Assembly (NCBI GenBank): GCA_964424305.1
Contig: CAYRHW010000001.1
Location: forward strand, 71,947 to 135,946
From: an uncultured Candidatus Saccharibacteria bacterium
GTDB lineage: Bacteria > Patescibacteriota > Minisyncoccia > Minisyncoccales > Staskawiczbacteraceae
Length of the DNA: 64,000 nucleotides
Direction: 5' to 3'
The position numbers and the translations under genes were made by a program. Below the pieces are notes generated by a model. That model did no database searches and was not told where the DNA came from. It was given only the letters and a program-made list of their open reading frames with translations. Positions 15,356 to 24,477 of the stretch are shown here, piece by piece. Each line of letters begins with the position of its first letter. The first letter of the stretch is position 1.

Positions 15356-15860
15356 TCAAAACCCGACTGCAGTAGATTTATCTGGATGGAAAATATCTGA
15401 CACCGAAGGAAGTAGCAATGTCTACACCTTCCCAATTGGTTCAAAAATACAAAGCAATGGTTATTTAGTCCTGGGAAGACCCGCGACAAAGATTGTTTTG
15501 AATAACGCCAAAGACGGCCTAATAATTAAAAACCCAGCGGGGGTAATATCAGATGAAGTTAGCTACACGAAAGCCCCAACAAATCAATCATATAATAGGC
15601 TAAATTCTGTTTGGGCTTGGAGTAAGACCTTGACTCCTGCCTCAAAAAATATTATCTCTACAGAAAGCGGGGGAAGCACCGATATCGCCTCCCAAGAAAC
15701 CGAAACCATTGGTGAAGAGGCCCTATTGGCATCCCTAGAAAAAGGAATCCCAGAAAAGAAAAACTTCGCCCCTACCCTCTTATTCGGAATTATTGTTTCT
15801 CTATTTTTAGTAATATCTTTTTACTTTTTAAAAACAAAATTAACCAATAAAAATCTATGA
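15324..15860 (+). CDS. Lamin-tail-domain (LTD) protein with C-terminal TM anchor; 3' portion of the interrupted comEA-LTD gene
   Basis: ...QEWIEIYNQNPTAVDLSGWKISDTEGSSNVYTFP...GYLVLGR is the LTD signature. The GTG start in the track is probably fortuitous. C-terminal TM LLFGIIVSLFLVISFYFL. Confidence 0.8.
   Translation: MTTQEWIEIYNQNPTAVDLSGWKISDTEGSSNVYTFPIGSKIQSNGYLVLGRPATKIVLNNAKDGLIIKNPAGVISDEVSYTKAPTNQSYNRLNSVWAWSKTLTPASKNIISTESGGSTDIASQETETIGEEALLASLEKGIPEKKNFAPTLLFGIIVSLFLVISFYFLKTKLTNKNL
15336..15343 (+). repeat. attR core (GAATGGAT)
   Basis: Identical to 1766-1773; same codon phase (GAA TGG AT.) in the LTD reading frame. Confidence 0.6.
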
Positions 15861-16579
15861 GCGGACATAGTCATTTCAAAACAATCAAAGCCCAAAAAGA
15901 AGTAAGTGACGCAAAGAAGGGAAAAGCATTCTCTAAGGTGGCGAAGCTAATCATAATAGCAGCAAAAGAGGGTGGAGACCCAATCACTAACCCAAAGTTA
16001 AGGGTAGCCATTGATTTAGCCAAGAGCGTTAATATGCCCAAGGATAATATTGAAAGAGCTATCCAACGAGGGACTGGAGAATTGGCTGGAGACAATTTAG
16101 TAGAGGTTGTCTTCGAGGGATTCGGTCCAGGAGGAACGGCAATTATTATCGAGGGTATCACAGATAACACCAATAGAACGCTGAATGAAATAAAGCAGAT
16201 TTTGGGTCAGCATAACAGCAAAATGGCTGGTGAGGGGGCGGTTAGGTGGATGTTCGAAAGAAAGGGCGTAATCACCATCACCATTGACCAACCGGGGATC
16301 AACAAAGAACAGCTAGAGATGATGGCAATCGAAATCGGCGCCGAGGATATTGCTCTCCAGGAGAATTATTTAAACATATTCACGAAGCCAGAAGATTTAG
16401 AAACCGTAAAGAAAAACCTGGAATCAAAAAACATTGCCATCGAGGCCTCCTCTCTGGGATGGATCCCAAAAGACAAGGTGGCCGTAGAGGAGAAAGAGAT
16501 GGCAAAATGCCAAACATTGTTTGAGGCCCTAGATGAAAATGATGCTGTCCAGGAAATATATTCTAATCTAAAAGACTAA
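15857..16579 (+). CDS. yebC: YebC/PmpR-family transcriptional regulator
   Basis: MSGHSHFKTIKAQKEVSDAKKGKAFSKV..KEGG.DP..NP.LR.AI..AK..NMPKDNIERAI is the family signature. Confidence 0.95.
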   Translation: MSGHSHFKTIKAQKEVSDAKKGKAFSKVAKLIIIAAKEGGDPITNPKLRVAIDLAKSVNMPKDNIERAIQRGTGELAGDNLVEVVFEGFGPGGTAIIIEGITDNTNRTLNEIKQILGQHNSKMAGEGAVRWMFERKGVITITIDQPGINKEQLEMMAIEIGAEDIALQENYLNIFTKPEDLETVKKNLESKNIAIEASSLGWIPKDKVAVEEKEMAKCQTLFEALDENDAVQEIYSNLKD

Positions 16580-16582
16580 CCA

Positions 16583-17056
16583 ATGATTATACTAGGCGTC
16601 GACCCAGGGACAGCAACAACGGGTTTTGGTGTAATTAGAAAAGAAAAAGACAGGAAGTTTACTTCTATCACCTACGGCTGTATCTTAACCGACCCGAAAG
16701 CTTGCCCGGGAGATAGATTAAAAAAAATTGCAGACGAGCTAGAAAAAATAATCAAAAAATACAGCCCTGCGTTAATTGCTGTTGAAAATATATATTTCTT
16801 TAAAAACCTTAAAACAGTTATCCCAGTTAGCCAAGCCCGCGGAGTAATATTACTCACAGCGGCTAAAAAGAAAATCCCAGTTTGTGATATCACCCCCCTC
16901 CAGATGAAAATGGCCATCGTCGGCTATGGCCGGGCTGAAAAAAAGCAGGTTCAGCGGATGGTTGAAACGCTTCTAGATTTAAAAAAACCCATAAAATCCG
17001 ATGATGCAGCAGATGCGTTGGGCATCGCCATCTGTGGAGGATTAAAAAATTATTAG
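16583..17056 (+). CDS. ruvC: Crossover junction endodeoxyribonuclease RuvC
   Basis: MIILGVDPGTATTGFGVI, AVENIYFFKN, DAADALGIAIC catalytic acidic residues. Confidence 0.95.
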   Translation: MIILGVDPGTATTGFGVIRKEKDRKFTSITYGCILTDPKACPGDRLKKIADELEKIIKKYSPALIAVENIYFFKNLKTVIPVSQARGVILLTAAKKKIPVCDITPLQMKMAIVGYGRAEKKQVQRMVETLLDLKKPIKSDDAADALGIAICGGLKNY

Positions 17057-17075
17057 CCCCGGACTTCTCCACATC

Positions 17076-17103
17076 TTGACAAACCTTCGGATAAAAATAC
17101 AAT
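17076..17103 (+). promoter_or_regulatory. Sigma-70-type promoter candidate
   Basis: TTGACA (17076-17081), 16-nt spacer, TACAAT (17098-17103). Confidence 0.45.
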
Positions 17104-17178
17104 GTAGTAAATAATAATAATTAATTTACTAAAGGTCGAATAAATCTTTAAAAATTATAACAAATTAGCACAAAGACA

Positions 17179-17331
17179 ATGGTTGAGGAATATTTAACTC
17201 ACTTCGTAAATCTTGATGAGGAAGATGACTTAGACGTAACACTTGACGATGAAGAGCTAGAGGGCGACGAGAAGGACGCCGATGCCGAAGAAGACGACGA
17301 TACAACGGTAGCCCCAGAAGAAGATATTTAA
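17179..17331 (+). CDS. 50-aa extremely acidic protein (absent from ORF track)
   Basis: MVEEYLTHFVNLDEEDDLDVTLDDEELEGDEKDADAEEDDDTTVAPEEDI*; flanked by its own promoter-like motif and a strong terminator. Confidence 0.5.
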   Translation: MVEEYLTHFVNLDEEDDLDVTLDDEELEGDEKDADAEEDDDTTVAPEEDI

Positions 17332-17337
17332 AAAAGG

Positions 17338-17364
17338 AACTCCGCCCGTGGGGCGGAGTTTTTT
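17338..17364 (+). terminator. Rho-independent terminator
   Basis: AACTCCGCCC-GTG-GGGCGGAGTT (10 bp) followed by TTTT; 7 nt after the stop of the acidic ORF. Confidence 0.85.
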
Positions 17365-17412
17365 GTTCCTTCCATTATTTACTTTTTTATTGTTTAATAG
17401 TAGGTATATACA

Positions 17413-19626
17413 ATGAAAAACTATTTTACATTAATTCTCAAAAAACTAGGCTTTAAAAAAGACGCAAACAAGAAAACCGGCCCGCGAAATTTGTGGTGGG
17501 TTTTTCTTTTAATTATTAAATACATCGTAATCGCCATATTATTATTAATCCTCGCCATTTTTGTATTATTCATATACTACGGCCGAGACTTGCCTCGCCC
17601 AGAGAAATTCACCGAGAAACCCTTTATCCAATCGACAAAGATATATGACAGAACTGGGAAGATTCTTCTCTATGACATCTACGGCGAAGAAAGGAGAGAG
17701 CTCGTGACCCTAGACCAAGTATCTCCGAACCTAATAAATGCAGTGATAACATCCGAAGACTCTAGATTTTACCAACACTCGGGGGTTGATTTTAAGGGCA
17801 TTGTTAGGGCAATTTTGACTGATTTAAAATTGGGAAACCGTAGCCAAGGAGCATCTACCATAACCCAACAGCTTATTAGATCTTCTTTTCTAACGATGAA
17901 GAAAACCATTGATAGAAAAGTAAAAGAAGTCATATTAACTCTAGAATTGGAAAGAAGATACTCAAAAAACCAAATTTTAGAATGGTATCTGAATCAAATA
18001 CCATTTGGAGAAAATTGTTATGGGATAGAAGCTGCTAGCCAAACCTACTTCACAAAATCGGCCAAGGATTTATCCTTAGCCCAATCGGCCGTGCTAACAG
18101 CCATGATCCCGGCTCCTAGCTATTATTCCCCCTACGGCCAAAACAAAGAAAAATTGTTAGACCGTAAAGACTATATTTTAAACAGAATGGCCAGGGCTGG
18201 TCTTATTGACCAAGCCCAGCTAGAAAGTAGTTTAAAGGAAGAATTGGTATTCGCCGACACCTCGAAAACAATAAAGGCCCCTCATTTTGTTTTTTACATA
18301 ATTAACTACCTAGAAAATACCTATGGGGAAGACTATTTAATTGAAAAGGGCCTCAAGGTTTACACAACACTAGATTGGGATTTACAACAACACATGGAGG
18401 CCGTGATTACAGAAAAAACTAGTGTCAACGAAAGCTTCAATGCTAATAACACTGCCGCAGTAGCATTAGACCCTAAGACGGGCGAGATTTTGGCTTTGGC
18501 GGGTTCTAAAAACTACTTTGGCAAATCATATCCAGAGGGATGTAATTCCCGCCAAGGAAAGTGTTTATTCGACCCTAAATTCGACGTAGCCACATTGGGG
18601 AAAAGGCAGCCAGGGTCTGCCTTTAAACCCTTCGTTTACGCCACTGCTTTTAATAAAGGGTACACCCCGAATACTACTTTATGGGACACCCTAACAGAAT
18701 TTAATACGAGTTGTAGCCCAAATGCCAACCAAAGCAAAGATATCTACGGATTAAATTGTTACAACCCACGTAATTATGATGGAGCATTTAGGGGAAAAGT
18801 TTCTTTACGACAAGCGCTAGACCAGTCTCTTAACGTCCCCTCTGTAAAGCTTTTATACCTAGCTGGAATCGACAATAGTCTTAAAACCGCACAAGATATG
18901 GGGATGACGACCTTAAACGATCCTACGCGCTACGGATTGTCTCTGGTGCTTGGTGGCGGAGAGGTTAACCTTTTAGAAATAACATCTGCCTATGGGGTCT
19001 TTGCTGATGATGGGTTGATGATCCCACCTGTAAGCATTTTAAAAATTGAAGATGCCGATGGAAATATAATTAAAGAGAATAAAAAAGAGGCAAAGAGAGT
19101 TTTGCCGCAGCAAACAGCCAGATTGATGAATGATGTTTTATCTGATAATGATGCTAGGGTGCCGGCCTTCTCCAGAGACAACCCATTGTTTTTCAACGGT
19201 TACCAGGTTGCCGCTAAAACAGGGACAACCTCGAGTTATGTTGATGTTTGGACAATAGGATATACCCCATTCGCCGTTGTCGGCGTTTGGGCTGGCAACA
19301 ACGACAATTCACCAATAAACAAAAAGTCTGGGATTGGGTTAGCCGCCCCAATTTGGAGAAAAATTATGGAAAAGATAATTACCACTCACCCCGTTGAGAA
19401 TTTTATAAAACCAGAGCCGCTCACAACAACAAAACCAATGGTAAATGGACCAACTCCAGCGGGGGAAAATCACGATATATTATATTACGTTGACAGAAAT
19501 AATCCCCTGGGAGACCCCCCACAAAATCCTGCAGCTGATCCTCAATATTTACCATGGGAAGTTGGTGTTGAAAATTGGTTACTATCCCATCCTCAGCCCG
19601 TCCCGACCCCTATTCCTGCTCAGTAA
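17413..19626 (+). CDS. Class A penicillin-binding protein (PBP1A-type transglycosylase/transpeptidase)
   Basis: GT51 motifs EDSRFYQHSGVD, GASTITQQL and RKVKE; transpeptidase SAFKP (SxxK), SLN (SxN) and KTGT. Confidence 0.93.
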   Translation: MKNYFTLILKKLGFKKDANKKTGPRNLWWVFLLIIKYIVIAILLLILAIFVLFIYYGRDLPRPEKFTEKPFIQSTKIYDRTGKILLYDIYGEERRELVTLDQVSPNLINAVITSEDSRFYQHSGVDFKGIVRAILTDLKLGNRSQGASTITQQLIRSSFLTMKKTIDRKVKEVILTLELERRYSKNQILEWYLNQIPFGENCYGIEAASQTYFTKSAKDLSLAQSAVLTAMIPAPSYYSPYGQNKEKLLDRKDYILNRMARAGLIDQAQLESSLKEELVFADTSKTIKAPHFVFYIINYLENTYGEDYLIEKGLKVYTTLDWDLQQHMEAVITEKTSVNESFNANNTAAVALDPKTGEILALAGSKNYFGKSYPEGCNSRQGKCLFDPKFDVATLGKRQPGSAFKPFVYATAFNKGYTPNTTLWDTLTEFNTSCSPNANQSKDIYGLNCYNPRNYDGAFRGKVSLRQALDQSLNVPSVKLLYLAGIDNSLKTAQDMGMTTLNDPTRYGLSLVLGGGEVNLLEITSAYGVFADDGLMIPPVSILKIEDADGNIIKENKKEAKRVLPQQTARLMNDVLSDNDARVPAFSRDNPLFFNGYQVAAKTGTTSSYVDVWTIGYTPFAVVGVWAGNNDNSPINKKSGIGLAAPIWRKIMEKIITTHPVENFIKPEPLTTTKPMVNGPTPAGENHDILYYVDRNNPLGDPPQNPAADPQYLPWEVGVENWLLSHPQPVPTPIPAQ

Positions 19627-19628
19627 AC

Positions 19629-19657
19629 AAAAACCCCGTTATAACAACGGGGTTTTT
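19629..19657. terminator. Bidirectional terminator between PBP1A and dnaN
   Basis: AAAAA-CCCCGTT-ATAAC-AACGGGG-TTTTT. Confidence 0.8.
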
Positions 19658-19666
19658 GTTTATTAA

Positions 19667-20791
19667 TTAAGTTGCTTTTATCGGCATCGCGACATAGAGA
19701 TAACTCGCGTCTCCGACTGGCCTTAATATACAAGGCCCATCTTCTCCGCTGATCTCAAAAAGGATTTCTGAGCTTTTTATATTCATAATCCCATCTATCA
19801 AGAATTTGTAGTTGAAGGAGACCTCTATCGGCGATCCGTCTATCTTCGCGGGAAGCGTAGAATTGCTTTCTCCGATGTCTGGATTTTTTGCTAAAACCTC
19901 TATATTTTTTTGATCTGGTTTCACAACAAACTTTATTTCACTAACCTTGCCACTGAATAATGATGCTGCCTTTATTTGATTAATAAACTCGTCTCTTTTC
20001 ACGGTGACAGTTGTCTTAAACTTCTTCGGAATGATTTCTTTATAATTTGGGTATTCCCCCTCTACCAATCTAGAGAATATTTGTATTTGGGGATGATCCA
20101 CTTCTTTCATTGGGAGTTCAAATAAGGTTTGGTTGGTAGAAAAACAGATTTTAAGCTTGCCCTCTTTATCCCCAAGGGTGTTTATTATCTCCCGTGCTGA
20201 TTTTTGAGGGATAATAAAGGAATATTCTTTTCCTTTTTTATTCTCGATGCTGATAGTTTTTTCTCCCAACCTGAAGCTATCTGTTGCCACCATTTTTAAA
20301 CTATCTTTTGAGAATAGTAAGAAAATTCCCGCTATTTCTGGCCTTGTTTGAGAGGAAGAACACGCGTCTATAATTTGCTCTAACCCTGCACAAAATTTCT
20401 TATTATCAATAACCAAAGACTCGTGGTCTTTTATCTCGGGGATTAATGGGAATTCTTCTGGGTTAAACCCTTGTATTTGGTTTTTGTAGTTTTTACATTC
20501 AATTAATAAATTCTGCTTCTTTTCCTCAAAAGATATTTTATCTTCTGGCAGTAAGGAGATGAAACTAGATAAAAATTTAACGGGGACAACAACGCTTCCT
20601 TTTTTTGTTATCTTAGCCATCGCCCAATACTTTATAGCAGTTTCTAGGTCTGTCGCTGTTAATAGTAGAAAAGTATCTTCGGCGGTTATTAAAACATTAT
20701 CTAAAATTGGGAGGGTTATATTTTTCCCGACAATTTTTTCGACAACACTTAATCCAGTTTTTATGTTGTTTTTTAGAATTTCTATTTTCAT
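19667..20791 (-). CDS. dnaN: DNA polymerase III beta sliding clamp
   Basis: 374 aa, directly downstream of dnaA, three-domain clamp pattern (MKIEILKNNIKTGLSVVEKIV.....PIL..VLI). Confidence 0.93.
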   Translation of the reverse strand: MKIEILKNNIKTGLSVVEKIVGKNITLPILDNVLITAEDTFLLLTATDLETAIKYWAMAKITKKGSVVVPVKFLSSFISLLPEDKISFEEKKQNLLIECKNYKNQIQGFNPEEFPLIPEIKDHESLVIDNKKFCAGLEQIIDACSSSQTRPEIAGIFLLFSKDSLKMVATDSFRLGEKTISIENKKGKEYSFIIPQKSAREIINTLGDKEGKLKICFSTNQTLFELPMKEVDHPQIQIFSRLVEGEYPNYKEIIPKKFKTTVTVKRDEFINQIKAASLFSGKVSEIKFVVKPDQKNIEVLAKNPDIGESNSTLPAKIDGSPIEVSFNYKFLIDGIMNIKSSEILFEISGEDGPCILRPVGDASYLYVAMPIKAT

Positions 20792-21019
20792 ATTAATTAA
20801 TATATTAATATATTTATATTTATTATTACTATTAGTATTTGATATTTTAAAAAGTGATTGTGTTTGTTTAAGATCAAATTTTCTGTGGATTAATTGTGTA
20901 AAATATGTATTACCGAACTGGGTATTAAAATATTTTTTAAACTGTCAGTATTTTTTAAATTCTTATACACAGTTTTTCTCCACTCTTTTATTAATACTTT
21001 TTCCCACTAGTTATCCACT
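20792..21019. other. Candidate oriC segment (AT-rich DUE plus DnaA-box-like sites) between dnaA and dnaN
   Basis: ~220-bp very AT-rich spacer. TGTGGATTA (20884-20892), TTATACACA (20963-20971) and TTATCCACT (21011-21019) are each one mismatch from TTATCCACA/TGTGGATAA. Confidence 0.5.
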
Positions 21020-22372
21020 ATATACTCTCTGTTTTATGAGGTTAATTTCTTCGGTTAACTTGTTGTTATTATTAAACTCTTGCCCTATTTTTTTACATGC
21101 ATAAATAGCGGTCGTGTGGTCTTTGCCGCCGAACTTTCTGGCGATTGCTGGGAAGGAATATTTTAATTCTCTTCGTAATAAAAACATAGCTATTTGTCTT
21201 GGGCGGACAATTTCTCGTTTCCTTGTTGCCTCAAAAATATCTTTTTCCTCTAAATTATAGAATTTAGAGACAGCTTCTATTATTTTTTTGTAGTTAGCTA
21301 CGTCAAATGGAGAGAATATGTAGCTTTTTAATAGTTTTTTGGCAGTCTCTAAATTGGGGATACTATTATTAAGCTTAGAATAAATTAAAAGACGGTTTAG
21401 GGCCCCTTCTAACTCCCTAATATTCTTTTTTACATTTGATGCGATATAATCTAGAACGTCTTCAGATATGTCTAGGTGCTTTTCTTGAAGTTTATTCTTC
21501 AAAATGACTAACCTTGTCTCATAATCAGGGAAACTGATGTCTGCTATCATTCCTCCCTCAAAACGCGACCTAAGGCGTTCCTCGAGCTCTGGGATGGCAT
21601 TTGGTGGGCGGTCCGAGGAAAGTATAATTTGTTTATTCTTCTCGTATAGGGAGTTGAAGGCGTGGAAGAATTCCTCTTGGGTCTTATTCTTCCCAGCTAA
21701 AAATTGGACATCATCAAGTATTAACACATCGATCTGAGAAAGGGTGGATTTGAATACATCGATATTGTGGTTCCTAATAGCATTCACAATGCCAGTGATG
21801 AATTTTTCAGAAGAAATATATCTTATTTTTTTCTTTTTAGAGTTCTCAACAATTTTATTGCCAACCGCCTGTAATAAGTGAGTTTTCCCCAGCCCTACCC
21901 CACCGTATATAAACAAAGGGTTATATGTTAGACCAGGGTTCTCAGAAACCGCCCAAGCCGCTGCATGGGCCAACTCATTGAAAGATCCTACAACAAAATT
22001 ATCAAAAGTGTAGCGAGGATTAAGATTAGTCTCTTTGTCTATTTTGAACTCTTCGAAGTTGAGTTGTTCAATATTTGCCTTCTCGGCGTCCACATTGCTG
22101 TTTTTAGGAGGGATAATAACAGCGGCCTGTGGTTTTATTATATATTCAACGTCTTTTATCCTGTCATCCAGTCCGTGGAGAATTTTTAAAATAGTTTTAT
22201 TATATTTGTTGCTTAACCATTCCTTTGAAAAAGCGTTGGGCACAGAAACAACAACTTTCTCCTCTTTTATAAAGATAATTTCGGTATTTTGAAACCACGT
22301 GGCGAAGTTTGCTTTAGAGATATCCAATTGGATTTGGGATAGCGTTGACTGCCAAAGCTCTTTGATGTCCAT
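21011..22372 (-). CDS. dnaA: Chromosomal replication initiator DnaA
   Basis: 453 aa; YTFDNFVVG, Walker A GGVGLGKTHLL, LILDDVQFL, and the C-terminal domain IV DHTTAIYACKKI. Confidence 0.97.
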   Translation of the reverse strand: MDIKELWQSTLSQIQLDISKANFATWFQNTEIIFIKEEKVVVSVPNAFSKEWLSNKYNKTILKILHGLDDRIKDVEYIIKPQAAVIIPPKNSNVDAEKANIEQLNFEEFKIDKETNLNPRYTFDNFVVGSFNELAHAAAWAVSENPGLTYNPLFIYGGVGLGKTHLLQAVGNKIVENSKKKKIRYISSEKFITGIVNAIRNHNIDVFKSTLSQIDVLILDDVQFLAGKNKTQEEFFHAFNSLYEKNKQIILSSDRPPNAIPELEERLRSRFEGGMIADISFPDYETRLVILKNKLQEKHLDISEDVLDYIASNVKKNIRELEGALNRLLIYSKLNNSIPNLETAKKLLKSYIFSPFDVANYKKIIEAVSKFYNLEEKDIFEATRKREIVRPRQIAMFLLRRELKYSFPAIARKFGGKDHTTAIYACKKIGQEFNNNNKLTEEINLIKQRVYSG

Positions 22373-22630
22373 ACTTTACTTTTTAAAACAATTAATAAAC
22401 TAAGTAGTGAAAAATTCAACTTGGTTCCATTATACTAGATGTCAAATATTGAGGGAAATAAGCTCAAATAGTCCAAGGGTGTTAATAAGGTGGGGATAAC
22501 CTGTGGTGCCGTCCTTTTATTTAAAAATTTTGGTTGACTACGGCGTGTTTATATAATATACTAATTCATATATTAAATACAATAATTGCGACTGTATTTA
22601 ATGTGCTAAAGCATTTCATAATATAAAAAA

Positions 22631-22765
22631 ATGAGTTTTACCTACAAACCAAAAAAGAAAAAAAGGAGAAAAACCCATGGGTTTTTAAAAAGATCGAAAA
22701 CCCAAGACGGGAGAAAGGTAATAAAAAGGAGAAGGCAGAAAGGAAGAAAAAAACTGACGGTGTAA
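22631..22765 (+). CDS. rpmH: 50S ribosomal protein L34 (absent from ORF track)
   Basis: [44 protein letters not shown]; canonical position upstream of rnpA. Confidence 0.9.
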   Translation: MSFTYKPKKKKRRKTHGFLKRSKTQDGRKVIKRRRQKGRKKLTV

Positions 22766-22833
22766 AAATCCGTCAGTCTTTGTGTCGGCTTCTCAATATT
22801 ATCTATAAAGGAATTGGTAGATTAACCGTGGAT

Positions 22834-23166
22834 ATGTTAATTAAACAAAATAGACTTACCAAAAAAAGGGATTTTGAAAATATCTTTAAAAGGGGGTTTG
22901 GAGTGAAGGCGGGGTTTCTCCTTTTAAAATTTATTCCTAATAAGTCTGACAGTACTAGATTTGCTTTCGTTGTGAGCCAAAAAGTTTCTAAAAAAGCGGT
23001 CCAAAGGAATAAAATTAGAAGATTTCTGAGAGAGGAGGTCCGGAAGAGAATGGCGCAGGTGGAGAAGGGATTCGATTGCATTTTAGTGGTTCTCCCGGGC
23101 CTTAAACTAGAGACGGCTGAGGGAACATTAAATGATTTATTAAAACAAGCAAAATTAATAATTTAA
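22834..23166 (+). CDS. rnpA: Ribonuclease P protein component
   Basis: Start set at MLIKQNRLTKKRDFENIFKRG....; VSKKVSKKAVQRNKIRRFLRE is the RNR motif. Confidence 0.9.
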   Translation: MLIKQNRLTKKRDFENIFKRGFGVKAGFLLLKFIPNKSDSTRFAFVVSQKVSKKAVQRNKIRRFLREEVRKRMAQVEKGFDCILVVLPGLKLETAEGTLNDLLKQAKLII

Positions 23167-23171
23167 ATTAA

Positions 23172-23900
23172 ATGATTGCATTCCTTGTAAAAGCATTCGA
23201 CGTAGTCTTATACCAACCACTCTTTAATTTTTTGGTTTTAATATACAATTATTTCCCGGGGCATGATTTTGGTATATCAATTATAATTTTAACTTTAGTA
23301 ATTAGATTTGTATTATACCCCTCCACGGTAAAAGCCATTAAAACCCAAAAGGCCCTTGGAGAGATTCAGCCGAAACTTCAAGAAATACAAAAAAAATACA
23401 AAGACGACAAAGAAAAGCAAGTTAAAGAGACCCTGGATCTTTATAAGCAAGCCAAAATTAACCCACTGGGGAGTTTACTACCAACATTAATACAGCTTCC
23501 GCTTCTAATCGCCCTGTACCGCGTATTTTGGAACGGCTTCAAACCAGAGGCGCTAGTGAACTTATACGGGTTTGTTTTTAACCCGGGATATATTAATGCT
23601 AGTTTTATAGGTTTAATTGATTTGTCTAAACCAAGCTTGATTTTAGCAGTTATTGCTGGTATATTTCAGTTTATCCAAAGTAAAACAGCGATGCCCATCA
23701 CTAAGAAAAAAGATGGCAGTGGCCCCGATTTCGCCAATATTATGCAGAAGCAGATGATCTATTTCTTCCCCTTCTTAACAGTAATTATCTTAATGGGGTT
23801 GCCTTCCGCGCTTGGACTTTATTGGGCAGTTGGTAGCGCGTTTATGATTGTTCAACAGTATCTTATTTTCAAAAAACCAAAACTAGAGGGGATAAAATAA
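23172..23900 (+). CDS. yidC: Membrane protein insertase YidC (short form)
   Basis: GISIIILTLVIRFVLYP, QPKLQEIQKKYKDDKEK, NPLGSLLPTLIQLPLLIALY, PSALGLYW. Confidence 0.93.
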   Translation: MIAFLVKAFDVVLYQPLFNFLVLIYNYFPGHDFGISIIILTLVIRFVLYPSTVKAIKTQKALGEIQPKLQEIQKKYKDDKEKQVKETLDLYKQAKINPLGSLLPTLIQLPLLIALYRVFWNGFKPEALVNLYGFVFNPGYINASFIGLIDLSKPSLILAVIAGIFQFIQSKTAMPITKKKDGSGPDFANIMQKQMIYFFPFLTVIILMGLPSALGLYWAVGSAFMIVQQYLIFKKPKLEGIK

Positions 23901-23901
23901 T

Positions 23902-24411
23902 ATGATAAACGCAGAAGACATCAAAAATATTAAAGAGATTATAGGGGCGTTTTTTGATAAAATGACGGTTGCCGCAACTTTTGAAATAAATTCAGGGGTT
24001 TCTAGTTTGGATGATATTTTGTCTAAAGATAGCGAGGGAGGGAGACAAGAGAGGGATACGATAGAGGTGGTGGTAAGGACCGATGACCCCCAAATCCTTA
24101 TTGGTGAGAAGGGCCAAACGCTGAGTGAAATCCAAAAGATCTTAAAATTTGTTATAAGCAAAAGGTTAAGTAAAAATGTTTATTTAAACCTTGACATCAA
24201 CGAATATAAAAAGAAAAAGACAGAATATCTCAAGAATTTTGCCAAAGAGCTAGCTGACGAAGTTTCTTCGACAAAGGAAAAAAAGATTTTATCTCCAATG
24301 TCTTCTTATGAAAGGAGGATCATCCACGCGGCCCTATCCGATAGGGACGACGTAAGAACAGAAAGTGACGGAGAGGGAGAAGAAAGAAAAGTAGTCATAT
24401 TCCCTAAATAA
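23902..24411 (+). CDS. jag: Jag/KhpB RNA-binding protein (KH + R3H)
   Basis: GEKGQTLSEIQ (KH GxxG) and SPMSSYERRIIHAALSD (R3H); conserved position after yidC. Confidence 0.85.
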   Translation: MINAEDIKNIKEIIGAFFDKMTVAATFEINSGVSSLDDILSKDSEGGRQERDTIEVVVRTDDPQILIGEKGQTLSEIQKILKFVISKRLSKNVYLNLDINEYKKKKTEYLKNFAKELADEVSSTKEKKILSPMSSYERRIIHAALSDRDDVRTESDGEGEERKVVIFPK

Positions 24412-24420
24412 TAAACACTT

Positions 24421-24453
24421 AAAAACCACTCCGTTCTCTGAGGAGTGGTTTTT
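24421..24453. terminator. Bidirectional terminator
   Basis: AAAAA-CCACTCC-N9-GGAGTGG-TTTTT between convergent jag and the pilin-fusion gene. Confidence 0.75.
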
Positions 24454-24477
24454 AATTACAGTTGTATCTCTATCCCA

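Noticed and set aside
20559-21104. 181-aa plus-strand ORF spanning the dnaN start, the AT-rich spacer and the dnaA end
   Set aside because: It runs through the putative origin and is antisense to two essential genes. The Leu/Phe/Ile-rich translation is what an AT-rich sequence yields by chance.
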